A stretch of 29,630 nt of DNA from Acidobacteriota bacterium (GCA_039931085.1 JBDTSO010000001.1:1-29630), one strand, 5' to 3'. Counted from the stretch's first letter, positions 17,217 through 27,055 are shown. Translations and numbers: made by a program. The notes: generated from the letters alone by a model not told the origin.

Positions 17217-17354
17217 GCGACAAAATTTTACTAATCTTTTTAGTTAGAATTCTAACAAAATTTGAAAATCAACAGATAATTCATACAACTGAGCCGTTTT
17301 CAGAATTATTAGTAAAAAGTTACCTTGAGAAAAGGATAAAACAGGCGGAATTTT

Positions 17355-17840
17355 ATGTTTGGCTTACCAGCGTGGGCATTTCGTCCTTTGGCATCAACGT
17401 GGACATTTACAACTTCAGAATCCGGTGAATTTGACGCACTAATCTTTGCCGCCGGTAAAGGATCATTCTATGTAACAGACAGCAGAGATCCAGATGAAAT
17501 CGTTCATGAAATATTATATGTTGGAGCCGGAGTCACCAAAAGTAAGGGTCCTATTCCATTTGGGGTTGGCGGTGCTTTTTCAACACCCGATATGCCAAGC
17601 TCCGGTGTCGGACCAATTATGATGGGATCATCAAAATCTTCTCTGGAATTAAGTGATTTCGAGGGATCGGGAATCATCTTTTCGGCAGCCGCCGGTATCG
17701 GTAAAGGAAAAGATTATGCAATTATTCTTTTCGGGTTACCGCCTTTTACTGTTGCCGGAGGACGAATGGAAGGCATTCAGTATATGGCTCCCGGATTTGG
17801 CTTTACCGCGATGCCTTGCTATTTTACAGTTGATCCCTGA
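17355..17840 (+). CDS. Hypothetical Gly-rich protein (orf161) inside the T6SS core; candidate Hcp-associated effector
   Basis: This 161-aa ORF has an AGGCGG RBS 6 nt before the ATG and an in-frame stop just upstream. It fills the hcp-tssE gap. I do not recognise the family. Confidence 0.75.
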   Translation: MFGLPAWAFRPLASTWTFTTSESGEFDALIFAAGKGSFYVTDSRDPDEIVHEILYVGAGVTKSKGPIPFGVGGAFSTPDMPSSGVGPIMMGSSKSSLELSDFEGSGIIFSAAAGIGKGKDYAIILFGLPPFTVAGGRMEGIQYMAPGFGFTAMPCYFTVDP

Positions 17841-17906
17841 GCAATCTATTAATTTTAACAAACTTTCTAGTTTGTTTATCTCAGAAACCGTTTGTAAACT
17901 CGGAGA

Positions 17907-18395
17907 ATGAAATTGCGGGATAATGAAATCAGGATAACTCCGTCAATCGTTGATCGTCTGCTTGATTTTGAGCCGAAAGTTTCTACTGAAGCACCGAAAT
18001 CGCGCTCGAGAAGTTTGAGCGAATTGAAGCAAGCGGTCAGGCGCGATCTGGAATGGCTTTTGAACACCCGTCATTCTCCGATTGAAATTCCCGAAGGTTT
18101 GGAAGAAATCAACAAATCTATGGCAATTTACGGATTACCGGATTTTACGGGTTTGAGTTCAAAAAATCACGACGACCGAAAAAATTTGATTCACAGCATC
18201 GAAACGGCTCTGCGAATTTTTGAACCGCGCTTTACGAACTTAAAGGTAATACTTGAAGAAATTGACAGTGTTGAAAGAGGCGTTAAATTTCGGATTCAGG
18301 CAACTTTAAAAGTTGAGCCGACACCCGAACCCGTCGTTTTTGATACGTTTCTGCAAGTAGGAAGCGGCGGATTTGAAGTCAAGGAAACCAGTTAA
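17907..18395 (+). CDS. tssE: T6SS baseplate subunit TssE (gp25-like)
   Basis: It contains PSIVDRLLD, RRDLEWLLNTR, YGLPD and FEPRF. Confidence 0.94.
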   Translation: MKLRDNEIRITPSIVDRLLDFEPKVSTEAPKSRSRSLSELKQAVRRDLEWLLNTRHSPIEIPEGLEEINKSMAIYGLPDFTGLSSKNHDDRKNLIHSIETALRIFEPRFTNLKVILEEIDSVERGVKFRIQATLKVEPTPEPVVFDTFLQVGSGGFEVKETS

Positions 18396-18409
18396 AATTT
18401 TCATTTTCA

Positions 18410-20299
18410 ATGCGCGACGAACTTTTAGATTATTACGAACGTGAACTGATTTTTATTCGCCGAATGGGTGCGGATTTTGCACGAAAATATCCGAAGGTCG
18501 CCGCGCGTCTGCTGATTGACGAAGAAAAGATCGAAGACCCGCACGTCGAGCGAATGATTGAGGCTTTCGCTTTTTTAGCCGGACGAATCAATCTGAAACT
18601 TGATGATGAACTGCCGGAAATTACCGAGGCATTTCTGAATGTTATCTATCCTCATTATCTATCGCCGATTCCTTCAATGGCGATTTCGCAGTTTCTCCTC
18701 GGCTCTCCGAAAAATAAAATTACCGCTATTCAGAAAATCGAACGCGGAGCAAAACTTTACTCGCGCCCGATTGACGGTTCGCCTTGTAATTTTAAGACTT
18801 GTTATGACACTCAACTTGTTCCGGTAGAAGTTCTCTACGCTAATTTGGAATCCGTCGCCCCGCCGAACGCGCAGGGAAAACTCACCGATTGCCAGATTCG
18901 CATCAGCCTGAAATGCTTCGGCGACACGATGTTTTCCGAACTGAAAGATGCTGAAACGAGCGAACCGTTGAAGTTTTTGCGCTTTTATCTGAACGGCGAC
19001 CCGCAACTTGTTTTTCCGCTTTACGAATTGATTTTTAATCATTCATCAGCCGTCGAAATTCAGCCGAAAGAAACGCCGATTACCAATAAAACTTCACTCT
19101 CAATGAGTAATATTCAGCTTAAATTACCTGATCCGGTAGTGTTGCCGAAGGAGTCAATCCGCGAAGTCGGTTATTCGATTGACGAGGGAATGCTGCCGTA
19201 TTCAAAAAATTCTTTCGTCGGTTATCGTTTGTTGACGGAATATTTTACATTTCCGCATAAATTTTTGTTTTTTGATATATATGGTCTTGACGAGGCGGCG
19301 CGAAAGAAATTTGGTAATCATTTTGATATTGTAATTCATCTGAAAAATGTTACTCCGCCGCGCGCGCCCATCACATCTGATTCGTTTTTACTCGGTTGTT
19401 CGCCGATTATTAATCTGTTTTCGCTGATTGCCGATCCGATTTATCTTTCGCAGCAAAAATACGAATATCAGATAATTGCCGATATTCATCGTCAGTCTGC
19501 AACGGAAATTTATTCGACCGACGAAGTTTTTACAACTGACCCGCGCACCGGAATTACACGCGAATTTTCTCCGTTTTATTCGTTGAAACACGCTCACGGC
19601 AACCAGAAAGAAAAGGTTTTCTGGTATGCCAATCGCCGCGCGTCGCAAAGACCGAATGACGATGGAACAGAAGTTTTTCTAACTCTGGTGGACAAAAATT
19701 TTAATCCGCGCGTTCCGGCTGAAGAAGTCATTACCGTGAGAAATACCTGCACAAATCGTGATTTACCGGCACGGCTTCCCTTCGGCAGCAAAGAAGGTGA
19801 TTTTGAAATTGAAGGCACGGCTTTGATTTCACGAATTCGCTGTTTGACCAAACCGACGGAAACGATTCGCCCGCCGCAACGCAGGGCTTTGCAGTGGCGT
19901 TTGATTTCACATTTAAATTTAAATTTTTTGTCGCTTGTCGAAAATCAGAATGGCGTTCCCGAAGCCTTGCAAGAGATATTGCAGCTTTATAATTTCAATG
20001 ATTCGGCAGTCAATCACAAACAAATTCTGGGAATCACGGGCATTGAAAGCAGAAAAATCGTGCGGCAAATCGGTAATCGCACCGGCGCGGGATTTGTGCG
20101 CGGAGTTGAAACGACGCTCGAATTTGACGAAGATCAATTCGTCGGCAGCGGATTGTTTGTTTTCGCCAGCGTTCTCGAAAGATTTTTGGGCATTTATACT
20201 TCGCTAAATTCTTTTAACCAATTAGTTATCAAGACAAAGCAGCGCGAAGAAATCGTCAAAAGGTGGATGCCGCGAGCAGGCGATCAGGCGTTATTGTAG
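18410..20299 (+). CDS. tssF: T6SS baseplate subunit TssF
   Basis: It contains LLDYYEREL, EDPHVERMIEAFAFL, GYRLLTEYFTFPHKFLF and the C-terminal LERFLGIYTSLNSF. Length is 629 aa. Confidence 0.96.
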   Translation: MRDELLDYYERELIFIRRMGADFARKYPKVAARLLIDEEKIEDPHVERMIEAFAFLAGRINLKLDDELPEITEAFLNVIYPHYLSPIPSMAISQFLLGSPKNKITAIQKIERGAKLYSRPIDGSPCNFKTCYDTQLVPVEVLYANLESVAPPNAQGKLTDCQIRISLKCFGDTMFSELKDAETSEPLKFLRFYLNGDPQLVFPLYELIFNHSSAVEIQPKETPITNKTSLSMSNIQLKLPDPVVLPKESIREVGYSIDEGMLPYSKNSFVGYRLLTEYFTFPHKFLFFDIYGLDEAARKKFGNHFDIVIHLKNVTPPRAPITSDSFLLGCSPIINLFSLIADPIYLSQQKYEYQIIADIHRQSATEIYSTDEVFTTDPRTGITREFSPFYSLKHAHGNQKEKVFWYANRRASQRPNDDGTEVFLTLVDKNFNPRVPAEEVITVRNTCTNRDLPARLPFGSKEGDFEIEGTALISRIRCLTKPTETIRPPQRRALQWRLISHLNLNFLSLVENQNGVPEALQEILQLYNFNDSAVNHKQILGITGIESRKIVRQIGNRTGAGFVRGVETTLEFDEDQFVGSGLFVFASVLERFLGIYTSLNSFNQLVIKTKQREEIVKRWMPRAGDQALL

Positions 20300-20452
20300 A
20301 TTTCAAATTTATTTCGAGCAGGTCGATATATGTTTTGAAGAACATTTAAAATGCGGAAACACGCTGCGCTCTAAGTGTGTTTTTTTCGCATTATGTTCGA
20401 AACTTCTTCTCATCTGCTCAAAGTAAATAAAAAACTTTAATCTTAAAATTCG

Positions 20453-21460
20453 ATGGAAAAACCTTTAGATCAAGAACTTCTCGACGAGCCGTACAAGTTT
20501 GAATTTTTTCAAGCCGTGCGACTGCTTGAAAGAATGTTTCCCGAAAAAACGGCTGTTGCCCGAAGTGTAACGCCGGAGAAAGAGGTCGTTCGCTTTCGCT
20601 CCAATGCTTCTTTGAGATTTCCGCCGGCTGAAATTTTTGACATAAAGCAGACTGTTGATGATGTATCCGACGAACAAAAACTTGAAATGTTCGTCAGTTT
20701 TATGGGAATGCTCGGAATTGTCGGAGTTTTGCCCGTGCATTATACCGAACTGGTTGTCGAACGCGCCCGATACGGCGACACGGCTCTCTGGGCATTTTTG
20801 GATATTTTCACGCACCGCACCGTTTCGATGTTTTTCCGCGCGTGGGAAAAATATCGTTTTCCCGTTCAATATGAACGCGGCAATGACGATTTTACGGCAT
20901 ATCTGTTTGATATTGTCGGTCTTGGAACTCAAGGCTTGCGCGGTCGCTTAAATTTGGATGATGAAAGTCTTCTGCCCTATTCAGGTTTAATCGTTCAAAA
21001 ACCTCATTCAAAATTCGCGCTTGAGCGATTATTGTCGGATTATTTCGAGGTTAGTGCAAAAATTCATCAGTTTAGCGGTCAATGGTTAACGCTTGATGAA
21101 GAAAGTATCACACGGCTCGGCACGGCAAACAGTGTGCTTGGGGCGACGACCATCATCGGAACGCGCGTTTGGGATTACCAGTCAAAGTTTCGTATCGTTT
21201 TCGGTCCGTTAAAGTTTGTAGAATATCAAGCCTTTCTGCCGAACGGCTCGTCATACAAACCGATGCTTTCGATTGCGCGTTTTATGTCCGGCGACGAGTT
21301 TGATTTTGAAGCGCAGTTAATATTAACGGCGAAAGAAGTTCCGAGTACAATTTTAACGACGCGGGCGATACGCTGTCCGATGCTCGGATGGACATCTTTT
21401 TTAAAAACCAGACCGTTCAAGCGCGACGATGAACAATTGGTATTACAGACAGAAAATTAA
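20453..21460 (+). CDS. tssG: T6SS baseplate subunit TssG
   Basis: It contains EPYKFEFFQAVRLLE, FMGMLG..GVLP.HYTE, FLDIFTHR and FYRAWEKYR-like FFRAWEKYR. Confidence 0.95.
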   Translation: MEKPLDQELLDEPYKFEFFQAVRLLERMFPEKTAVARSVTPEKEVVRFRSNASLRFPPAEIFDIKQTVDDVSDEQKLEMFVSFMGMLGIVGVLPVHYTELVVERARYGDTALWAFLDIFTHRTVSMFFRAWEKYRFPVQYERGNDDFTAYLFDIVGLGTQGLRGRLNLDDESLLPYSGLIVQKPHSKFALERLLSDYFEVSAKIHQFSGQWLTLDEESITRLGTANSVLGATTIIGTRVWDYQSKFRIVFGPLKFVEYQAFLPNGSSYKPMLSIARFMSGDEFDFEAQLILTAKEVPSTILTTRAIRCPMLGWTSFLKTRPFKRDDEQLVLQTEN

Positions 21461-21505
21461 ACAAAACCAAATAAAGATATTGTAATTAAATAATCGGAGG
21501 AAAAT

Positions 21506-24319
21506 ATGGATGTTAATCTGAAATCACTTATCGGAAGGCTGAATGACACTTGCCGGTCGGCACTCGAAGGCGCAGCCGGATTGTGTCTGTCGCGGACTAA
21601 TTACGATGTTGAGATAGAGCATATACTGGCAAAACTGCTCGAAGCAGAAGATACTGATATTTCGCGGATTTTGCGGCATTTTGAAATGAATCCCGACCGA
21701 ATGACAAAAGATGTTTCGGCGGCACTTGAACGCTTAAAAAGCGGCAATTCGCGCACGCCGGGTTTGAGCGAAAGAATTCCGCACTGGATTCAGGACGCTT
21801 GGCTTTTGGCATCCGTCGAATACGGCTCGGCGCGTGTTCGCTCCGGTCATTTAATTTTGGCTCTGATGTCAAATGAAAATTTTGCGAGAATCGCCCGCGA
21901 TATTTCCCGCGAATTTAATGAATTGACCAAACACCACGACACCTTAAAACGCGAATTTACGGATATTGTGTCAGGTTCGGCTGAAGAACGCGAAACGGGC
22001 AGTTTGTCGGAAACAGCGGCGGCGACATCGGACGGTGCGCCGGTAGCGAGCGGCGTTCCCGGAAAAACAAAAGCTCTCGACCAGTACACGGAAGATTTAA
22101 CCGCTAAAGCTCGCGCCGGAAAAATTGATCCGATTCTCGGGCGCGATTTTGAAATTCGGCAGGTAATTGATATTTTAACGCGCCGCCGCCAGAACAATCC
22201 GATTTTGACGGGCGAAGCGGGCGTGGGCAAAACCGCCGTCGTTGAAGGTTTCGCGCTGAAAATTGTCGAAGGCGACGTTCCCGAACCTCTGAGAAATGTT
22301 ATCCTCCGAACTCTCGATTTAGGACTGCTGCAAGCCGGCGCAGGAATCAAAGGTGAATTTGAAAATCGTTTAAAATCCGTAATTGATGAAGTAAAAGCCT
22401 CGCCACAGCCCATTATTCTTTTTATAGACGAAGCGCACACGATGATCGGCGCGGGCGGTCAAGCCGGTCAAAACGACGCGGCTAATCTTCTCAAACCCGC
22501 GCTGGCACGCGGCGAATTGCGGACGATTGCCGCGACTACCTGGGCAGAATATAAGAAATACTTTGAAAAAGACGCGGCTCTCGCGCGTCGCTTTCAGGTT
22601 GTAAAAGTCGAAGAACCGGATGAAGAAAAGGCGATTGCGATGATGCGCGGTTTGACCGAAATAATGGAACATCATCACAATGTTCGCATCCTCGACGAAG
22701 CGGTCGTCGAGTGTGTTAAATTATCACACCGTTATATTACGGGTCGCCAGCTTCCCGATAAATCAGTCAGCGTTTTGGATACAGCCTGCGCTAAAGTTGC
22801 CATCGGACAAGGCGCAACGCCGGGCGCAGTCGAAGATTCGACAAAACACATTCATCAACTCGACAGAGAAATCAGTTCGCTGGAACGCGAACTTGTAACC
22901 GGCGCGGAACACGACGAGCGACTGGCGGAATTAAAAGAACAACGCGATAAAGAACAGAAAAGACTTGATAAATATAACACGCAGTGGACAAAAGAAAAGG
23001 AATTGATTGACCGCATCCGCGAAATCCGCTCGACACTCGAAGAAAATGCCGCGCAGAGCAAAAGTACCCAGCCTTCCTCAAACGGAAACGGCGCGGCGGC
23101 GGCGGCAACCGCAGGCTCTGGAGAATCCGCTTCCGCCAAGGCGGACGAAAACACCGCCAAAACTGCGGCAACCGAAACAAATGTTGCTGAAGACTCCGCC
23201 GCAAATCCCGCGCCGACACAAATAAATGTCGAAGAATTAAAAACCGAGCTTTCACGATTAAATGCGGAATTAAAAGAAGTTCAGGGTGAAACGCCTTTGA
23301 TGCAGCCGGTTGTCAACGGTCAGACAGTTGCCGAAGTTATCTCAGGTTGGACAGGAATTCCGGTTGGCAAAATGGTCTCGGATGAAATCAATGCGGTTTT
23401 GAATCTTGAGCAAACTTTAGCCGAAAGAGTTGTCGGTCAGGACAGCGCGCTGTTGGCGATTGCCGAGCGGATTAAAACTTCACGCGCCGGTTTGACCGAC
23501 CCGAAAAGACCAATCGGCGTGTTTCTTCTGGTCGGAACGAGCGGTGTCGGTAAAACGGAAACCGCACTTGCTCTAGCCGATACGCTTTACGGCGGCGAAC
23601 GCAATCTCGTTTCCATCAATATGAGCGAATATCAGGAAGCGCACACGGTTTCCAGCTTAAAAGGTTCGCCGCCGGGCTATGTCGGTTACGGTGAAGGCGG
23701 TGTTTTAACTGAAGCCGTCAGAAGAAAACCTTATTCGGTCGTCCTGCTCGACGAAGTTGAAAAAGCGCACCCCGACGTGATGGAACTTTTCTATCAGGTT
23801 TTCGACAAAGGGCAATTGGAAGACGGTGAAGGACGCGAAATTGACTTTAAAAACTGCGTTATTTTGCTCACATCAAACGTCGGTACGGACACGATTATGA
23901 AATTGTGCGCTGATCCCGATACGAAACCCGAGCCGGAAGGCTTGATCGAAGCGTTGCGTCCCGAACTCGTCAAAGCCTTCAAACCCGCGCTTTTAGGTCG
24001 TATGACTATCGCTCCGTATTATCCGATCAGCGATGATATTCTTCGCCTGATTGTAAAATTACAGCTTTCAAAAATTGCCCGACGTATTTTTGAAAACCAC
24101 AAAGCGCAATTCACCTACGACGATGCGGTTATAGAAGCCGTAGCCAAACGATGTACCGATGTTGATTCGGGTGCGCGCAACGTTCATAACATTCTGAACG
24201 GAACGCTTCTGCCGGAAATGAGCGGCGAGGTTTTATCGAGAATGGCAAGCGGCGAAGGTATCAAAAAAGTCCACGTTTCTGTCGGTGAAAATGAAAATTT
24301 TGCATATTCGATTAGCTAA
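21506..24319 (+). CDS. tssH: T6SS AAA+ ATPase ClpV (TssH)
   Basis: It contains [29 protein letters not shown] and [11 protein letters not shown], plus the ClpV-type N-terminus ([23 protein letters not shown]). Length is 937 aa. Confidence 0.96.
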   Translation: MDVNLKSLIGRLNDTCRSALEGAAGLCLSRTNYDVEIEHILAKLLEAEDTDISRILRHFEMNPDRMTKDVSAALERLKSGNSRTPGLSERIPHWIQDAWLLASVEYGSARVRSGHLILALMSNENFARIARDISREFNELTKHHDTLKREFTDIVSGSAEERETGSLSETAAATSDGAPVASGVPGKTKALDQYTEDLTAKARAGKIDPILGRDFEIRQVIDILTRRRQNNPILTGEAGVGKTAVVEGFALKIVEGDVPEPLRNVILRTLDLGLLQAGAGIKGEFENRLKSVIDEVKASPQPIILFIDEAHTMIGAGGQAGQNDAANLLKPALARGELRTIAATTWAEYKKYFEKDAALARRFQVVKVEEPDEEKAIAMMRGLTEIMEHHHNVRILDEAVVECVKLSHRYITGRQLPDKSVSVLDTACAKVAIGQGATPGAVEDSTKHIHQLDREISSLERELVTGAEHDERLAELKEQRDKEQKRLDKYNTQWTKEKELIDRIREIRSTLEENAAQSKSTQPSSNGNGAAAAATAGSGESASAKADENTAKTAATETNVAEDSAANPAPTQINVEELKTELSRLNAELKEVQGETPLMQPVVNGQTVAEVISGWTGIPVGKMVSDEINAVLNLEQTLAERVVGQDSALLAIAERIKTSRAGLTDPKRPIGVFLLVGTSGVGKTETALALADTLYGGERNLVSINMSEYQEAHTVSSLKGSPPGYVGYGEGGVLTEAVRRKPYSVVLLDEVEKAHPDVMELFYQVFDKGQLEDGEGREIDFKNCVILLTSNVGTDTIMKLCADPDTKPEPEGLIEALRPELVKAFKPALLGRMTIAPYYPISDDILRLIVKLQLSKIARRIFENHKAQFTYDDAVIEAVAKRCTDVDSGARNVHNILNGTLLPEMSGEVLSRMASGEGIKKVHVSVGENENFAYSIS

Positions 24320-24340
24320 ATATTTTAAGGGATTATAGAA

Positions 24341-27055
24341 ATGGAAAATTTGACACAAAAAGATCGGGTTATTTCAATCAGATCACCGTTAGGTGAAGAT
24401 GTCTTGCTTCTCAACAAAGTTCGTGCCGAAGAAAAAATTTCCGAACTTTTTACAATTGATGTCGAACTTGTATATCACGAGCGAGAAGACGATAAGTTCG
24501 ATATCAAAATGGTCAATGACAGAGACATTGTCGGTCAAACCGTCAGTATGAAAATCAATCAGGACGACGAAGGCGTGCGAATTATGACCGGTTTGATCAA
24601 TTCATTCAACATTGGAGGTCGCACCCGTCAGTTCACTTACTATTATGCGACGATTGTTCCGCATATTTGGCTGCTGACACATCATTTTCAAAGCAGAATT
24701 TTTCAGCAAAAAACAGTAAAGCAAATTTTGAGAGAAATCTTTGACGGCTTTCAAGTCAAGTTTGAACTGAAAAACGACTATAAACCGCGCAATTATTGTG
24801 TCCAATATCAGGAAACCGACTTTGATTTTGCTTCGCGGCTGATGGAAGAAGAAGGCATTTACTATTATTTTGAACACACGGCTGAAATGGACATACTGAC
24901 GCTGCGCGACGACTTTACAAAGCCTGAAGACTGTCCGCGGAAATGTGTAATCGGTTTTTTAAATGAAAACCTGACGGAGAGCGTGTTTGAAAGCGCGGTG
25001 AAAAAGCTGCAAGTTGATTATAAAATGCAAAGCGGTAAGGTAACACTGTGGGATTATAATTTTGAGCTTCAGCCGAACAAGAAATTAGATGTTGAAAAAA
25101 CAAGCGTATTTGATGTTGGGGAAAATAAAAAACTTGAAGTCTATGAATATCCGGGCGGATACGCCAGAAAATATGACGGAATTGATCCCGGCGGCGGCGA
25201 GCGTTCCGGTGATCTAAACAATATTTTTACGGATAACAAGCGAACGATTAACAACAGAATGTTTGCTCTCGATTCGCAGTATAAAATATTTTCGGGAATA
25301 TCCGATTGCAGCACTCTCACGGTCGGTCATCGTTTTGAACTCAAAAACCATCCGAATTCGGAATACAATAAAAAATATATTATTTTATCGGTCAAACACG
25401 AAGTTGATCAAACTCCAGCGTATGCCGCCGAAGAATATGTTCCGAAGGCATATCGTAATGAGTTTACCTGCATCGAACACGGCGCGGGGAAACCGGAATA
25501 TCGTCCACCGCAGAAAACCCGCAAACCGATTATGTACGGCTGTCAAACGGCGATTGTCGTCGGAGACGGGGGCGAGGAAATTTTTACCGATAAATATGGG
25601 CGCGTCAAAGTGCAGTTTCACTGGGACAGAGAAGGTAAATATAATCCGGACAGTTCGTGCTGGCTGCGCGTCGGAACGAGCATTGCGGGCAACAAATGGG
25701 GAACGATGTTTATTCCGCGCATCGGTCAGGAAGTAATCGTTGATTTTATCGGCGGCAACCCGGATCAACCAATCATCGTCGGTTCGGTCTATAATCCGCA
25801 GACGATGCCGCATTATGACTTGCCGAAATATAAAACTTTGAGTTATTACAAATCGCGTACCACACCCGACGACGGCAAAGGTTTTAACGAATGGCGGTTT
25901 GAAGATAAAAAAGGCAAGGAACAGGTTTTTATTCATTCGCAAAAACGAATGGACGTGCGTGTCCGACAATCGCTTTATGAAACCTGCGGCGGCAACCGCC
26001 ACGAAGTCATCGGCGTTCGCTCAAGCACTTATTCGGGAGAAAATTATCCGGGCGGAAATCTCGCCGTAACGGTTGGCGGAAACTATGATTTGCACGTTCA
26101 GGATTCGATGTATATCGGCATTGACAAGAAACGGTTCGATTATGTCGAAGGCGATGTTACCGAGCAGTTTAAAGGCAAGCGGACGACAAAAGTCAGCAGT
26201 TCCAGCGAATTAAACGCGCAGAAGATAGAACTTCAGGCTTTGACGGAAATAACATTTAAGGTCGGATCAAGTTTTATTATGCTCGATTTGACGGGAATTA
26301 CGATTTCTGGTCCTTTGGTCAAAATAAATTCAGGCGGCGCGGCACCGGATACTGCTCCGTTTCAGATGAAGGGACCGGCGGATGCCGAAGCCGCCGATAC
26401 GGGCGAACCCGGATATTTAGACCGTCCTCATTACGGCGGCGGTCACGGGCGCAAAACTTGGACGGTCAACGGATACAGCGGTCCTGAAATTACGTATGAT
26501 CCGGCAACCGGCGATTACAAAGTAGGCAAAAATATCACAGTCAAAGGCGATGATAAATTTAAAAAGCAAGCTCTTAACGACATTGCCGAAATCAATGACG
26601 CGCCGACGGGCAAGCAATTGATTAACAACATCAATAACGGAAATCACACGGTAACCGTTCAGGAATCGCCGACTGATCCGGTAACGGGCAAGAAATCTAC
26701 TGGTCAAACCATTCCATCCGATGAAGACGACGCGAAAACGCCGGGAGCCGGGAGCGACACAACGATTATTTACAATCCCAACGGAACAAAAGCGAAAGAT
26801 CAGAACGGAAAACCGATTGACATTCCGGGCAAAGAAGTTCTCGGACACGAAATGATTCACGCCGATCACGTTTCGCAGGGAACGAGTTTGATTGACTCGC
26901 CCGATCCGAAAGACCCGAACGGCAATCAGGAAGAATCCAGAACAATCGGCATCAACGATCATGAGAACGAGCCGATTTCGGAAAATAATCTGCTCAAAGA
27001 TTGGGGCGCGGATTATCGGCGCAAAGACCACGACGGAGGTTTCGTGCGAAAATAA
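24341..27055 (+). CDS. vgrG: Evolved VgrG (TssI) with a C-terminal M91/NleD-like zinc metallopeptidase domain
   Basis: The VgrG core shows YCVQYQETDFDFASRLMEEEGIYYYFEH, TDKYGRVKVQFHWDR and PRIGQEVIVDF, and ends at VKINSGG near aa 666. A ~240-aa extension follows, with HEMIH (aa 836-840), EE (864-865), TIG, ISEN and a terminal R..H. Confidence 0.93.
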   Translation: MENLTQKDRVISIRSPLGEDVLLLNKVRAEEKISELFTIDVELVYHEREDDKFDIKMVNDRDIVGQTVSMKINQDDEGVRIMTGLINSFNIGGRTRQFTYYYATIVPHIWLLTHHFQSRIFQQKTVKQILREIFDGFQVKFELKNDYKPRNYCVQYQETDFDFASRLMEEEGIYYYFEHTAEMDILTLRDDFTKPEDCPRKCVIGFLNENLTESVFESAVKKLQVDYKMQSGKVTLWDYNFELQPNKKLDVEKTSVFDVGENKKLEVYEYPGGYARKYDGIDPGGGERSGDLNNIFTDNKRTINNRMFALDSQYKIFSGISDCSTLTVGHRFELKNHPNSEYNKKYIILSVKHEVDQTPAYAAEEYVPKAYRNEFTCIEHGAGKPEYRPPQKTRKPIMYGCQTAIVVGDGGEEIFTDKYGRVKVQFHWDREGKYNPDSSCWLRVGTSIAGNKWGTMFIPRIGQEVIVDFIGGNPDQPIIVGSVYNPQTMPHYDLPKYKTLSYYKSRTTPDDGKGFNEWRFEDKKGKEQVFIHSQKRMDVRVRQSLYETCGGNRHEVIGVRSSTYSGENYPGGNLAVTVGGNYDLHVQDSMYIGIDKKRFDYVEGDVTEQFKGKRTTKVSSSSELNAQKIELQALTEITFKVGSSFIMLDLTGITISGPLVKINSGGAAPDTAPFQMKGPADAEAADTGEPGYLDRPHYGGGHGRKTWTVNGYSGPEITYDPATGDYKVGKNITVKGDDKFKKQALNDIAEINDAPTGKQLINNINNGNHTVTVQESPTDPVTGKKSTGQTIPSDEDDAKTPGAGSDTTIIYNPNGTKAKDQNGKPIDIPGKEVLGHEMIHADHVSQGTSLIDSPDPKDPNGNQEESRTIGINDHENEPISENNLLKDWGADYRRKDHDGGFVRK

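Noticed and set aside
4765-17268. Shared 13-mer CAAAATTTGAAAA before the tRNA promoter and before orf161
   Set aside because: It is low-complexity and A/T-rich in A/T-rich spacers, and the two genes have no obvious shared regulation, so chance is likely.
21847-23255. Antisense ORFs opposite clpV (197, 102, 101 and 127 aa)
   Set aside because: These are shadow ORFs. The Ala/Ser-rich one simply mirrors the low-complexity ClpV insert.
25385-27031. Long antisense ORFs (205 aa and 204 aa) opposite vgrG
   Set aside because: They lie fully inside a well-supported gene, carry no recognisable motifs, and are explained as shadow frames of the codon bias.
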